From Utricularia gibba (taxonomy: Eukaryota > Plantae > Magnoliophyta): DNA of 64,000 bases. Both the position numbers and the translations under genes were made by a program. This document shows, in pieces, positions 24,201 through 38,200 of this stretch. The notes under the pieces are model-generated. The model was not told where the DNA came from. It saw only the letters and a program-made list of their open reading frames with translations, and did no database searches. The DNA is taken from the NCBI GenBank assembly GCA_002189035.1, contig NEEC01000042.1, positions 128,885 through 192,884 on the forward strand, in the 5' to 3' direction. Numbering within the stretch: the stretch's first letter is position 1; every line of letters begins with the position of its first letter.

Positions 24201-27200
24201 CAAGGAAAAGCTTTTCGTTTTGTGGCGGCCGCTCTCGCAGGGCACTTGGTCCGGGCCCCTGATTCTTTATGGCTCATGAGGACAAAAGGATGCAAATCGA
24301 TGAAAATAATGATGCATTTGTTTAAATTACGATGTCGCGTGCACCCCAAATGATTTTTTAACAACATACTTTATACATGAGGAGGCGGTCTTGGGGGCAC
24401 TTGGAACCGGAAAAAGATCAGCTTAGGCTTGGGCCGAAAGTAAGTTGTAGCCCGGCAAAGAAAGTGATGTATTTATTATCGTTCGGTTTTTGGGGTTGCC
24501 TACATGGTTTTTCAAGGAACATCTTCTCGTTTTGTGGTGGCTAGTCTCGCTGGGAACATGGTCCTTGACCCCGATTCTGTATGGCTCATGGGGTCAACCG
24601 GATGCAAATCGAAGAAAAAAAATGATGCATTTGTTTAAATTACGATATCACGTGCACCCTACATGATTTTTTCGACAACTTACTTTATACATGGGGAGGC
24701 GGTCTTGGGGGGTACCTGGAACCGGAAAATGGTCAGCGTAGGCTTGGGCCGATAGTAAGTTGTAGCCCGACAAATAAAGTAATGTATTTATTATCGTTCG
24801 GTTTTCGGAAGCTGCCTAAATGCTTTTTGAAAGAACATCTTCTCGTTTTATGGCGGCCAGTCTCGCTGGGAACTTGGTCCTTGACCCTGGTTCTGTATGG
24901 CTCATGGGGTCAACCGGATGCAAATCGATGAAAAAAAATGATGCATTTGTTTTAAATTGCGATATCACGTGCACCCCACATGATTTTTTCAACAACTTAC
25001 TTTATACTTGAGGAGGCGATCTTAGGGTGCACCTCGAACAGGACAAAGGTAAGGTTTGGCTTGCGCCGAGAGTTAGTTGTAGCCCGACAAATAAAGTGAT
25101 GTATTTATTATCGTTCGGTTTTCGGGGCTGCCTACATGGTTTTTAAGGAACCGCTTCTCGTTTTGTGGTGGCCAGTCTCGCTGGGAACTTGGTCCTTGAC
25201 CCCGATTCTGTATTGCTCATGAGGTCAACCGGATGCAAATCATTAAAAAAAAATGATGCATTTGTTTAAATTACGATGTCACGTGCACCCCACATGATTT
25301 TTTAAACAACATACTTTATACATGAGGAGGCAGTCTTGGGTGCATTTGGAACGGGAAAAGGTAAGGTTTTGCGTGCCGAGAGTTAGTTGTAGCCGGCAAA
25401 TAAAGTGATGTATTTATTATCGTTCGGTTTACGGGGGCTTCCTACATGGTTTTTCAAGGAGCATCTTCTCGTTTTGTGGCAGCCAGTCTCGCTGGGAGCT
25501 TTGTCCTGGACCCCGATTCTGTATGGCTCATGGGGTCAAAAGGATGCAAATCGATGAATACAATGATGCATTTGTTTCAATTACGATATCACGTGCACCC
25601 CACATGATTTTTTCGACAACTTACTTTATACATGGGAGGCGGTCTTGGGGGTACCTGGAACCGGAAAAATGGTCAGCTTAGGCTTGGGCCGATAGTAAGT
25701 TGTAGCCCGGCAAAGAAAGTGATGTATTTATTATCGTTCGGTTTTCGGGGTTCCTACATGGTTTTTCAAGGAACATCTTCTCGTTTTGTGGCAGCCAGTC
25801 TGGAGCTTTGTCTGGACCCGATTCTGTATGGCTCATGGGTCAAAGGATGCAAATCGATGAATACAATGATGCATTTGTTTAATTACGATATCACGTGCAC
25901 CCACATGATTTTTGACAACTTACTTTATACATGGGGAGGCGGTCTTGGGGGGCAAGAGGAACCAGACAACGGTCATATTAGGCTTGGGCCGAAAGTAAGT
26001 TGTAGCCCGGCAAAGAAAGTGATGTATTTATTAACGTTCGGTTTTCAGGTTTCCTACATGGTTTTCCAAGGAAAAGCTTTTCGTTTTGTGGCGGCCGCTC
26101 TCGCAGGGCACTTGGTCCGGGCCCCTGATTCTTTATGGCTCATGAGGACAAAAGGATGCAAATCGATGAAAATAATGATGCATTTGTTTAAATTACGATG
26201 TCGCGTGCACCCAAATGATTTTTTTAACAACATACTTTATACATGAGGAGGCGGTCTTGGGGGCACTTGGAACCGGAAAAAGATCAGCTTAGGCTTGGGC
26301 CGAAAGTAAGTTGTAGCCCGGCAAAGAAAGTGATGTATTTATTATCGTTCGGTTTTGGGGTTGCCTACATGGTTTTTCAAGGAACATCTTCTCGTTTTGT
26401 GGTGGCTAGTCTCGCTGGGAACATGGTCCTTGACCCCGATTCTGTATGGCTCATGGGGTCAACCGGATGCAAATCGAAGAAAAAAAATGATGCATTTGTT
26501 TAAATTACGATATCACGTGCACCCTACATGATTTTTTCGACAACTTACTTTATACATGGGAGGCGGTCTTGGGGGTACCTGGAACCGGAAAATGGTCAGC
26601 GTAGGCTTGGGCCGATAGTAAGTTGTAGCCCGACAAATAAAGTAATGTATTTATTATCGTTCGGTTTTCGGAAGCTGCCTAAATGCTTTTTGAAAGAACA
26701 TCTTCTCGTTTTATGGCGGCCAGTCTCGCTGGGAACTTGGTCCTTGACCCTGGTTCTGTATGGCTCATGGGGTCAACCGGATGCAAATCGATGAAAAAAA
26801 ATGATGCATTTGTTTAAATTGCGATATCACGTGCACCCCACATGATTTTTTCAACAACTTACTTTATACATGAGGAGGCGATCTTAGGGTGCACCTCGAA
26901 CAGGACAAAGGTAAGGTTTGGCTTGCGCCGAGAGTTAGTTGTAGCCCGACAAAGAAAGTGATGTATTTATTATCGTTCGGTTTTTGGGGTTTACATGGTT
27001 TTTCAAGGAACTTTCTCGTTTTGTGGTGCCAGTCTCGCTGGCTTGGTCCTGACCCCGATTCTGTATGCTCATGGGTCAAGGATGCAAATCAATGAAAAAA
27101 AATGATGCATTTGTTTAAATTACGATATCACGTGCACCCCACATGATTTTTTCACAACTTACTTTATACATGGGAGGCGTCTTGGGTACCTGGAACCGGA

Positions 27201-30200
27201 AAAGGTCAGCTTTTGGCTGCCCGATAGTAAGTTGTAGCCCGGCAAAAAGTGATGTATTTATTATCGTTCGGTTTACGGGGTTCCTACATGGTTTTTCAAG
27301 GAGCATCTTCTCGTTTTGTGGCAGCCAGTCTCGCTGGAGCTTTGTTCTGGACCCGATTCTGTATGGCTCATGGGGTCAAAAGGATGCAAATCGATGAATA
27401 CAATGATGCATTTGTTTCAATTACGATATCACGTGCACCCCACATGATTTTTCGACAACTTACTTTATACATGGGGAGGCGGTCTTGGGGGCAAGAGGAA
27501 CCAGACAACGGTCATATTAGGCTTGGGCCGAAAGTAAGTTGTAGCCCGGCAAAGAAAGTGATGTATTTATTAACGTTCGGTTTTCAGGGTTTCCTACATG
27601 GTTTTCCAAGGAAAAGCTTTCGTTTTGTGGCGGCCGCTCTCGCAGGGCACTTGGTCCGGCCCCTGATTCTTTATGGCTCATGAGGACAAAAGGATGCAAA
27701 TCGATGAAAATAATGATGCATTTGTTTAAATTACGATGTCGCGTGCACCCCAAATGATTTTTTTAACAACATACTTTATACATGAGGAGGCGGTCTTGGG
27801 GGGCACTTGGAACCGGAAAAGGTCAGCTTAGGCTTGGGCCGAAAGTAAGTTGTAGCCCGGCAAAGAAAGTGATGTATTTATTATCGTTCGGTTTTGGGTT
27901 GCCTACATGGTTTTTCAAGGAACATCTTTCGTTTTGTGGTGGCTAGTCTCGCTGGGAACTGGTCCTTGACCCCGATTCTGTATGGCTCATGGGGTAACCG
28001 GATGCAAATCGAAGAAAAAAATGATGCATTTGTTTAAATTACGATATCACGTGCACCCTACATGATTTTTTCGACAACTTACTTTATACATGGGGAGGCG
28101 GTCTTGGGGGTACCTGGAACCGGAAAATGTCAGCGTAGGCTTGGGCCGATAGTAAGTTGTAGCCCGACAAATAAAGTAATGTATTTATTATCGTTCGGTT
28201 TTCGGAAGCTGCCTAAATGCTTTTTGAAAGAACATCTTCTCGTTTTATGGCGGCCAGTCTCGCTGGGAACTTGGTCCTTGACCCTGATTCTGTATGGCTC
28301 ATGGGGTCAACCGGATGCAAATCGATGAAAAAAATGATGCATTTGTTTAAATTGCGATATCACGTGCACCCACATGATTTTTTCAACATTACTTTATACA
28401 TGAGGAGGCGATCTTAGGGTGCACCTCGAACAGGACAAAGGTAAGGTTTGGCTTGCGCCAAGAGTTAGTTGTAGCCCGACAAAGAAAGTGATGTATTTAT
28501 TATCGTTCGGTTTTTGGGGTTGCCTACATGGTTTTCAAGGAACATCTTCTCGTTTTGTGGCAGCCAGTCTCGCTGGGAGCTTTGTCCTGGACCCCGATTC
28601 TGTATGGCTCATGGGGTCAAAAGGATGCAAATCGATGAATACAATGATGCATTTGTTTAATTACGATATCACGTGCACCCCACATGATTTTTTCGACAAC
28701 TTACTTTATACATGGGAGGCGGTCTTGGGGGTACCTGGAACCGGAAAATGGTCAGCTTAGGCTTGGGCCGATAGTAAGTTGTAGCCCGGCAAAGAAAGTG
28801 ATGTATTTATTATCGTTCGGTTTACGGGGGCTTCCTACATGGTTTTTCAAGGAGCATCTTCTCGTTTTGTGCAGCCAGTCTCGCTGGGAGCTTTGTCTGG
28901 ACCCCGATTCTGTATGGCTCATGGGTCAACCGGATGCAAATCGATGAAAAAATGATGCATTTGTTTAAATTACGATATCACGTGCACCCTACATGATTTT
29001 TCAACAACTTACTTTATACTTGAGGAGGTGGTCTTGGGGGCAAGAGGAACCAGACAACGGTCATTGGGCCGAAAGTAAGTTGTAGCCCGGCAAAGAAAGT
29101 GTTATTTATTAACGTTCGGTTTTCAGGGTTGCCTACATGGTTTTCCAAGGAAAAGCTTTTCGTTTTGTGGCGGCCGCTCTCGCAGGGACTTGGTCCGGGC
29201 CCCTGATTCTTTATGGCTCATGAGGACAAAAGGATGCAAATCGATGAAAATAATGATGCATTTGTTTAAATTACGATGTCGCGTGCACCCCAAATGATTT
29301 TTTTAACAACATACTTTATACATGAGGAGGCGGTCTTGGGGGCACTTGGAACCGGAAAAAAGATCAGCTTAGGCTTGGGCCGAAAGTAAGTTGTAGCCCG
29401 GCAAAGAAAGTGATGTATTTATTATCGTTCGGTTTTGGGGTTGCCTACATGGTTTTCAAGGAACATCTTCTCGTTTTGTGGTGGCTAGTCTCGCTGGGAA
29501 CATGGTCCTTGACCCCGATTCTGTATGGCTCATGGGTCAACCGGATGCAAATCGAAGAAAAAAAATGATGCATTTGTTTAAATTACGATATCACGTGCAC
29601 CCTACATGATTTTTTCGACAACTTACTTTATACATGGGGAGGCGGTCTTGGGGGTACCTGGAACCGGAAAATGGTCAGCGTAGGCTTGGGCCGATAGTAA
29701 GTTGTAGCCCGACAAATAAAGTAATGTATTTATTATCGTTCGGTTTTCGGGCTGCCTAAATGCTTTTTGAAGAACATCTTCTCGTTTTATGGCGGCCAGT
29801 CTCGCTGGGAACTTGGTCCTTGACCCTGTTCTGTATGGCTCATGGGGTCAACCGGATGCAAATCGATGAAAAAAAATGATGCATTTGTTTAAATTGCGAT
29901 ATCACGTGCACCCCACATGATTTTTTCAACAACTTACTTTATACTTGAGGAGGCGATCTTAGGGTGCACCTCGAACAGGACAAAGGTAAGGTTTGGCTTG
30001 CGCCAAGAGTTAGTTGTAGCCCGACAAAGAAAGTGATGTATTTATTATCGTTCGGTTTTTGGGGTTGCCTACATGGTTTTCAAGGAACATCTTCTCGTTT
30101 TGTGGCAGCCAGTCTCGCTGGGAGCTTTGTCCTGGACCCCGATTCTGTGGCCCATGGGGTCAAAAGGATGCAAATCGATGAACAATGATGCATTTGTTTC

Positions 30201-33200
30201 AATTACGATATCACGTGCACCCCACATGATTTTTTCGACAACTTACTTTATACATGGGGAGGCGGTCTTGGGGGGTACCTGGAACCGGAAAATGGTCAGC
30301 TTAGGCTTGGGCCGATAGTAAGTTGTAGCCCGGCAAAGAAAGTGATGTATTTATTATCGTTCGGTTTACGGGGCTTCCTACATGGTTTTTCAAGGAACAT
30401 CTTCTCGTTTTGTGGCAGCCAGTCTCGCTGGGAGCTTTGTCCTGGACCCCGATTCTGTATGGCTCATGGGGTCAAAAGGATGCAAATCGATGAATACAAT
30501 GATGCATTTGTTTCAATTACGATATCACGTGCACCCCACATGATTTTTTCGACAACTTACTTTATACATGGGGAGGCGGTCTTGGGGGGTACCTGGAACC
30601 GGAAAATGGTCAGCTTAGGCTTGGGCCGATAGTAAGTTGTAGCCCGGCAAAGAAAGTGATGTATTTATTAACGTTCGGTTTTCGGGGTTGCCTACATGGT
30701 TTTTCAAGGAACATCTTCCCGTTTTGTGGTGGCTAGTCTCGCTGGGAACTTTGTCCTGGACCTCGATTCTTTATGTCTTATGAGGTCAACCGGATGCAAA
30801 TCGATGAAAAAATTGATGCATTTGTTTAAATTACGATATCACGTGCACCCTACATGATTTTTTCAACAACTTACTTTATACTTGAGGAGGTGGTCTTGGG
30901 GGGCAAGAGGAACCAGACAACGGTCATATTAGGCTTGGGCCGAAAGTAAGTTGTAGCCCGGCAAAGAAAGTGTGTATTTATAACGTTCGGTTTTCAGGGT
31001 TGCCTACATGGTTTTCCAAGGAAAAGCTTTTCGTTTTGTGGCGGCCGCTCTCGCAGGGCACTTGGTCCGGGCCCCTGATTCTTTATGGCTCATGAGGACA
31101 AAAGGATGCAAATCGATGAAAATAATGATGCATTTGTTTAAATTACGATGTCGCGTGCACCCCAAATGATTTTTTTAACAACATACTTTATACATGAGGA
31201 GGCGGTCTTGGGGGCACTTGGAACCGGAAAAAGATCAGCTTAGGCTTGGGCCGAAAGTAAGTTGTAGCCCGGCAAAGAAAGTGATGTATTTATTATCGTT
31301 CGGTTTTTGGGGTTGCCTACATGGTTTTTCAAGGAACATCTTCTCGTTTTGTGGTGGCTAGTCTCGCTGGGAACTGGTCCTTGACCCCGATTCTGTATGG
31401 CTCATGGGGTCAACCGGATGCAAATCGAAGAAAAAAAATGATGCATTTGTTTAAATTACGATATCACGTGCACCCTACATGATTTTTTCGACAACTTACT
31501 TTATACATGGGGAGGCGGTCTTGGGGGGTACCTGGAACCGGAAAAATGGTCAGCGTAGGCTTGGCCGATAGTAAGTTGTAGCCCGACAAATAAAGTAATG
31601 TATTTATTATCGTTCGGTTTTCGGAAGCTGCCTAAATGCTTTTTGAAAGAACATCTTCTCGTTTTATGGCGGCCAGTCTCGCTGGGAACTTGGTCCTTGA
31701 CCCTGGTTCTGTATGGCTCATGGGGTCAACCGGATGCAAATCGATGAAAAAAATGATGCATTTGTTTAAATTGCGATATCACGTGCACCCACATGATTTT
31801 TTCAACAACTTACTTTATACTGAGGAGGCGATCTTGGGTGCACCTCGAACAGGACAAAGGTAAGGTTTGGCTTGCGCCAAGAGTTAGTTGTAGCCCGACA
31901 AAGAAAGTGATGTATTTATTATCGTTCGGTTTTGGGGGTTGCCTACATGGTTTTTCAAGGAACATCTTCTCGTTTTGTGGCAGCCAGTCTCGCTGGGAGC
32001 TTTGTCCTGGACCCCGATTCTGTATGGCTCATGGGTCAAAAGGATGCAAATCGATGAATACAATGATGCATTTGTTTCAATTACGATATCACGTGCACCC
32101 ACATGATTTTTTCGACAACTTACTTTATACATGGGGAGGCGGTCTTGGGGGTACCTGGAACCGGAAAAAGGTCAGCTTAGGCTTGGGCCGATAGTAAGTT
32201 GTAGCCCGGCAAAGAAAGTGATGTATTTATTATCGTTCGGTTTACGGGGGCTTCCTACATGGTTTTTCAAGGAACATCTTCTCGTTTTGTGGCGCCAGTC
32301 TCGCTGGGAACTTTGTCCTGGACCCCGATTCTGTATGGCTCATGGGTCAAAAGGATGCAAATCGATGAATAAAATGATGCATTTGTTTAATTACGATATC
32401 ACGTGCACCCCACATGATTTTTTCGACAACTTACTTTATACATGGGAGGCGGTCTTGGGGGGCAAGAGGAACCGACAACGGTCATATAGGCTTGGGCCGA
32501 AGTAAGTTGTAGCCCGGCAAAGAAAGTGATGTATTTATTAACGTTCGGTTTTCGGGTTGCCTACATGGTTTTCAAGGAAAAGCTTTCGTTTTGGCGGCCG
32601 TCTCGCAGGGACTTGGTCCGGGCCCCTGATTCTTTATGGCTCATGAGGACAAAAGGATGCAAATCGATGAAAAAAATGATGCATTGTTTAAATTACGATG
32701 TCACGTGCACCCCAATGATTTTTTTAACAACATACTTTATACATGAGGAGGCGGTCTTGGGGGGCACTTGGAACCGGAAAAAGATCAGCTTAGGCTTGGG
32801 CCGAAAGTAAGTTGTAGCCCGGCAAAGAAAGTGATGTATTTATTATCGTTCGGTTTTGGGGTTGCCTACATGGTTTTTCAAGGAACATCTTCTCGTTTTG
32901 TGGTGGCTAGTCTCGCTGGGAACTGGTCCTTGACCCCGATTCTGTATGGCTCATGGGGTCAACCGGATGCAAATCGAAGAAAAAAAATGATGCATTTGTT
33001 TAAATTACGATATCACGTGCACCCTACATGATTTTTTCGACAACTTACTTTATACATGGGAGGCGGTCTTGGGGGGTACCTGGAACCGGAAAATGGTCAG
33101 CGTAGGCTTGGGCCGATAGTAAGTTGTAGCCCGACAAATAAAGTAATGTATTTATTATCGTTCGGTTTTCGGAAGCTGCCTAAATGCTTTTTGAAGAACA

Positions 33201-35200
33201 TCTTCTCGTTTTGGCGGCCAGTCTCGCTGGGAACTTGGTCCTTGACCCTGGTTTCTGTATGGCTCATGGGGTCAACCGGATGCAAATCGATGAAAAAAAA
33301 TGATGCATTTGTTTAAATTGCGATATCACGTGCACCCCACATGATTTTTTCAACAACTTACTTTATACATGAGGAGGCGATCTTAGGGTGCACCTCGAAC
33401 AGGACAAAGGTAAGGTTTGGCTTGCGCCAAGAGTTAGTTGTAGCCCGACAAAAGAAAGTGATGTATTTATTATCGTTCGGTTTTGGGGTTGCCTACATGG
33501 TTTTTCAAGGAACATCTTCTCGTTTTGTGGCAGCCAGTCTCGCTGGGAGCTTTGTCCTGGACCCCGATTCTGTATGGCTCATGGGGTCAAAAGGATGCAA
33601 ATCGATGAATACAATGATGCATTTGTTTCAATTACGATATCACGTGCACCCCACATGATTTTTTCGACAACTTACTTTATACATGGGGAGGCGGTCTTGG
33701 GGGTACCTGGAACCGGAAAATGGTCAGCTTAGGCTTGGGCCGATAGTAAGTTGTAGCCCGGCAAAGAAAGTGATGTATTTATTATCGTTCGGTTTACGGG
33801 GGCTTCCTACATGGTTTTTCAAGGAACATCTTCTCGTTTTGTGGCGCCAGTCTCGCTGGGAACTTTGTCCTGGACCCCGATTCTGTATGGCTCATGGGGT
33901 CAAAAGGATGCAAATCGATGAAACAATGATGCATTTGTTTAAATTACGATATCACGTGCACCCCACATGATTTTTTCGACAACTTACTTTATACATGGGG
34001 AGGCGGTCTTGGGGGCCAGGAAACGGTCATATTAGGCTTGGGCCGAAAGTAAGTTGTAGCCCGGCAAAGAAAGTGATGTATTTATTAACGTTCGGTTTTC
34101 AGGGTTTACATGGTTTTCCAAGGAAAAGCTTTTCGTTTTGTGGCGGCCGCTCTCGCAGGGCACTTGGTCCGGACCCCTGATTCTTTATGGCTCATGAGGA
34201 CAAAAGGATGCAAATCGATGAAAATAATGATGCATTTGTTTAAATTACGATGTCGCGTGCACCCCAATGATTTTTTAACAACATACTTTATACATGAGGA
34301 GGCGGTCTTGGGGGGTACTGGAACCGGAAAAGGTCAGCTTAGGCTTGGGCCGAAGTAAGTTGTAGCCCGGCAAAGAAAGTGATGTATTTATTATCGTTCG
34401 GTTTTCGGGGTTCCTACATGGTTTTTCAAGGAACATCTTCTCGTTTTGTGGCGCCAGTCTCGCTGGGATTTGTCCTGGACCCCGATTCTGTATGGCTCAT
34501 GGGGTCAAAAGGATGCAAATCGATGAAACAATGATGCATTTGTTTAATTACGATATCACGTGCACCCCACATGATTTTTTCGACAACTTACTTTATACAT
34601 GGGGAGGCGGTCTTGGGGGTACCTGGAACCGGAAAATGGTCAGCTTAGGCTTGGGCCGATAGTAAGTTGTAGCCCGGCAAAGAAAGTGATGTATTTATTA
34701 CGTTCGGTTTTCGGGTTGCCTACATGGTTTTTCAAGGAACATCTTCTCGTTTTGTGGTGCCAGTCTCGCTGGGAACTTTGTCCTGGACCCCGATTCTGTA
34801 TGGCTCATGGGGTCAACCGGATGCAAATCGATGAAAAAAATGATGCATTTGTTTAAATTACGATATCACGTGCACCTACATGATTTTTTCAACAACTTAC
34901 TTTATACATGAGGAGGCGGTCTTGGGGGGCAAGAGGAACCAGACAACGGTCATATTAGGCTTGGCCGAAAGTAAGTTGTAGCCCGGCAAAGAAAGTGATG
35001 TATTTATTAACGTTCGGTTTTCGGGTTGCCTACATGGTTTTCAAGGAAAAGCTTTTCGTTTTGTGGCGGCCGTCTCGCTGGGCACTTGGTCCGGGCCCCT
35101 GATTCTTTATGGCTCATGAGGACAAAAGGATGCAAATCGATGAAAATAATGATGCATTTGTTTAAATTACGATGTCGCGTGCACCCCAAATGATTTTTTA
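9204..35200. repeat. Variable higher-order repeats built on A-B-E-C-D(n), 3 to 8 monomers per unit
   Basis: A landmarks at 8949, 11122, 12979, 15157, 17342, 18573, 19797, 21642, 24094, 25960, 27499, 29048, 30911, 32470 give units of about 7,6,7,7,4,4,6,8,6,5,5,6,5 monomers; the last units before 34937 are about 5 and 3. Confidence 0.75.
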
Positions 35201-38200
35201 ACAACTACTTTATACATGAGGAGGCGGTCTTGGGGGGCACTTGGAACTCAGCTTAGCTTGGCCGAAAGTAAGTTGTAGCCCGCAAAGAAAGTGATGTATT
35301 TATTATCGTTCGTTTTGGGTTGCCTACATGGTTTTTCAAGGAACATCTTCTCGTTTTGTGGTGGCTAGTCTCGCTGGGAACTTCCTTGACCCCGATTCTG
35401 TATGGCTCATGGGGTCAACCGGATGCAAATCGATGAAAAAAAATGATGCATTTGTTTAAATTACGATATCACGTGCACCCACATGATTTTTTCGACAACT
35501 TACTTTATACATGGGGAGGCGGTCTTGGGGGGTACCTGGAACCGGAAAATGGTCAGCTTAGGCTTGGGCCGATAGTAAGTTGTAGCCCGGCAAAGAAAGT
35601 GATGTATTTATTATCGTTCGGTTTTGGGGGCTGCCTACATGGTTTTTCAAGGAAATCTTCTCGTTTTGTGGTGGCTAGTCTCGCTGGGAACTTGTCCTGG
35701 ACCCCGATTCTGTATGGCTCATGGGGTCAACCGGATGCAAATCGATGAAAAAAATGATGCATTTGTTTAAATTACGATATCACGTGCACCCCACATGATT
35801 TTTTCGACAACTTACTTTATACATGGGGAGGCGGTCTTGGGGGGTACCTGGAACCGGAAAATGGTCAGCTTAGGCTTGGGCCGATAGTAAGTTGTAGCCC
35901 GGCAAAGAAAGTGATGTATTTATTATCGTTCGGTTTTCGGGTGCCTACATGGTTTTTGAAAGAACATCTTCTCGTTTTTGGCGGCCAGTCTCGCTGGGAA
36001 CTTGGTCCTGACCTGGTTCTGTATGGCTCATGGGGTCAACCGGATGCAAATCGATGAAAAAAAATGATGCATTTGTTTAAATTACGATATCACGTGCACC
36101 CCACATGATTTTTTCAACAACTTACTTTATACTTGAGGAGGCGGTCTTGGGGGCACCTGAACAGGACAAAGGTAAGGTTTGGCTTGGCCAAAGTAGTTGT
36201 AGCCCGGCAAAGAAAGTGATGTATTTATTATCGTTCGGTTTTGGGGTTGCCTACATGGTTTTTCAAGGAACATCTTCTCGTTTTGTGGCGCCAGTCTCGC
36301 TGGGAGCTTTGTCCTGGACCCCGATTCTGTATGGCTCATGGGTCAAAAGGATGCAAATCGATGAAAAAATGATGCATTTGTTTCAATTACGATATCACGT
36401 GCACCCCACATGATTTTTTCGACAACTTACTTTATACATGGGGAGGCGGTCTTGGGGGGTACCTGGAACCGGAAAAAGGTCAGCTTAGGCTTGGGCCGAT
36501 AGTAAGTTGTAGCCCGGCAAAGAAAGTGATGTATTTATTATCGTTCGGTTTTCGGGGGCTGCCTACATGGTTTTTCAAGGAACGCTTCTCGTTTTGTGGC
36601 GGCCAGTCTCGCTGGGAACTTGGTCCTGGACCCCGATTCTGTATGGCTCATGGGGTCAAGGATGCAAATCGATGAAAAAAAATGATGCATTTGTTTAAAT
36701 TACGATATCACGTGCACCCCATGATTTTTTCGACAACTTACTTTATACATGGGGAGGCGGTCTTGGGGGTACCTGGAACCGGAAAATGGTCAGCTTAGGC
36801 TTGGGCCGATAGTAAGTTGTAGCCCGGCAAAGAAAGTGATGTATTTATTATCGTTCGGTTTTTGGGGGTGCCTACATGGTTTTTCAAGGAAAATCTTCTC
36901 GTTTTGTGGTGGCTAGTCGCTGGGAACTTGTCCTGGACCCCGATTCTGTATGGCTCATGGGGTCAACCGGATGCAAATCGAAGAAAAAAAATGATGCATT
37001 TGTTTAAATTACGATATCACGTGCACCCTACATGATTTTTTCGACAACTTACTTTATACATGGGGAGCGGTCTTGGGGGGTACCTGGAACTGGAAAATGG
37101 TCAGCGTAGGCTTGGGCCGATAGTAAGTTGTAGCCCGACAAATAAAGTAATGTATTTATTATCGTTCGGTTCGAAATGCCTAAATGCTTTTAAAGAACAT
37201 CTTCTCGTTTTATGGCGGCCAGTCTCGCTGGGAACTTGGTCCTTGACCCTGGTTCTGTATGGCTCATGGGGTCAACCGGATGCAAATCGATGAAAAAAAA
37301 TGATGCATTTGTTTAAATTGCGATATCACGTGCACCCCACATGATTTTTTCAACAACTTACTTTATACTTGAGGAGGCGATCTTAGGGTGCACCTCGAAC
37401 AGGACAAAGGTAAGGTTTGGCTTGCGCGAGAGTTAGTTGTAGCCCGACAAATAAAGTGATGTATTTATTATCGTTCGGTTTTCGGGGGCTGCCTACATGG
37501 TTTTTCAAGGAACATCTTCTCGTTTTGTGGTGGCCAGTCTCGCTGGGAACTTGGTCCTTGACCCCGATTCTGTATGGCTCATGAGGTCAACCGGATGCAA
37601 ATCAATTAAAAAAATGATGCATTTGTTTAATTACGATGTCACGTGCACCCCACATGATTTTTTTAACAACATACTTTATACATGAGGAGGCGTCTTGGGC
37701 AGGAACGGGACAAAGGTAAGGTTTTGCTGCACCGAGAGTTAGTTGTAGCCGGCAAATAAAGTGATGTATTTATTATCGTTCGGTTTTCGGGGGCTGCCTA
37801 CATGGTTTTTCAAGGAACCGCTTTCGTTTTGTGGCGCCAGTCTCGCTGGGAACTTGGTCCTGGACCCCGATTCTGTATGGCTCATGGGTCACCGGATGCA
37901 AATCGATGAAAAAAAATGATGCATTTGTTTAAATTACGATATCACGTGCACCCTACATGATTTTTTCGACAACTTACTTTATACATGGGGAGGCGGTCTT
38001 GGGGGTACCTGGAACCGGAAAATGGTCAGCTTAGGCTTGGGCCGATAGTAAGTTGTAGCCCGGCAAAGAAAGTGATGTATTTATTATCGTTCGGTTTTCG
38101 GGGGCTGCCTACATGGTTTTTCAAGGAACCGCTTCTCGTTTTGTGGCGGCCAGTCTCGCTGGGAACTTGGTCCTGGACCCCGATTCTGTATGGCTCATGG

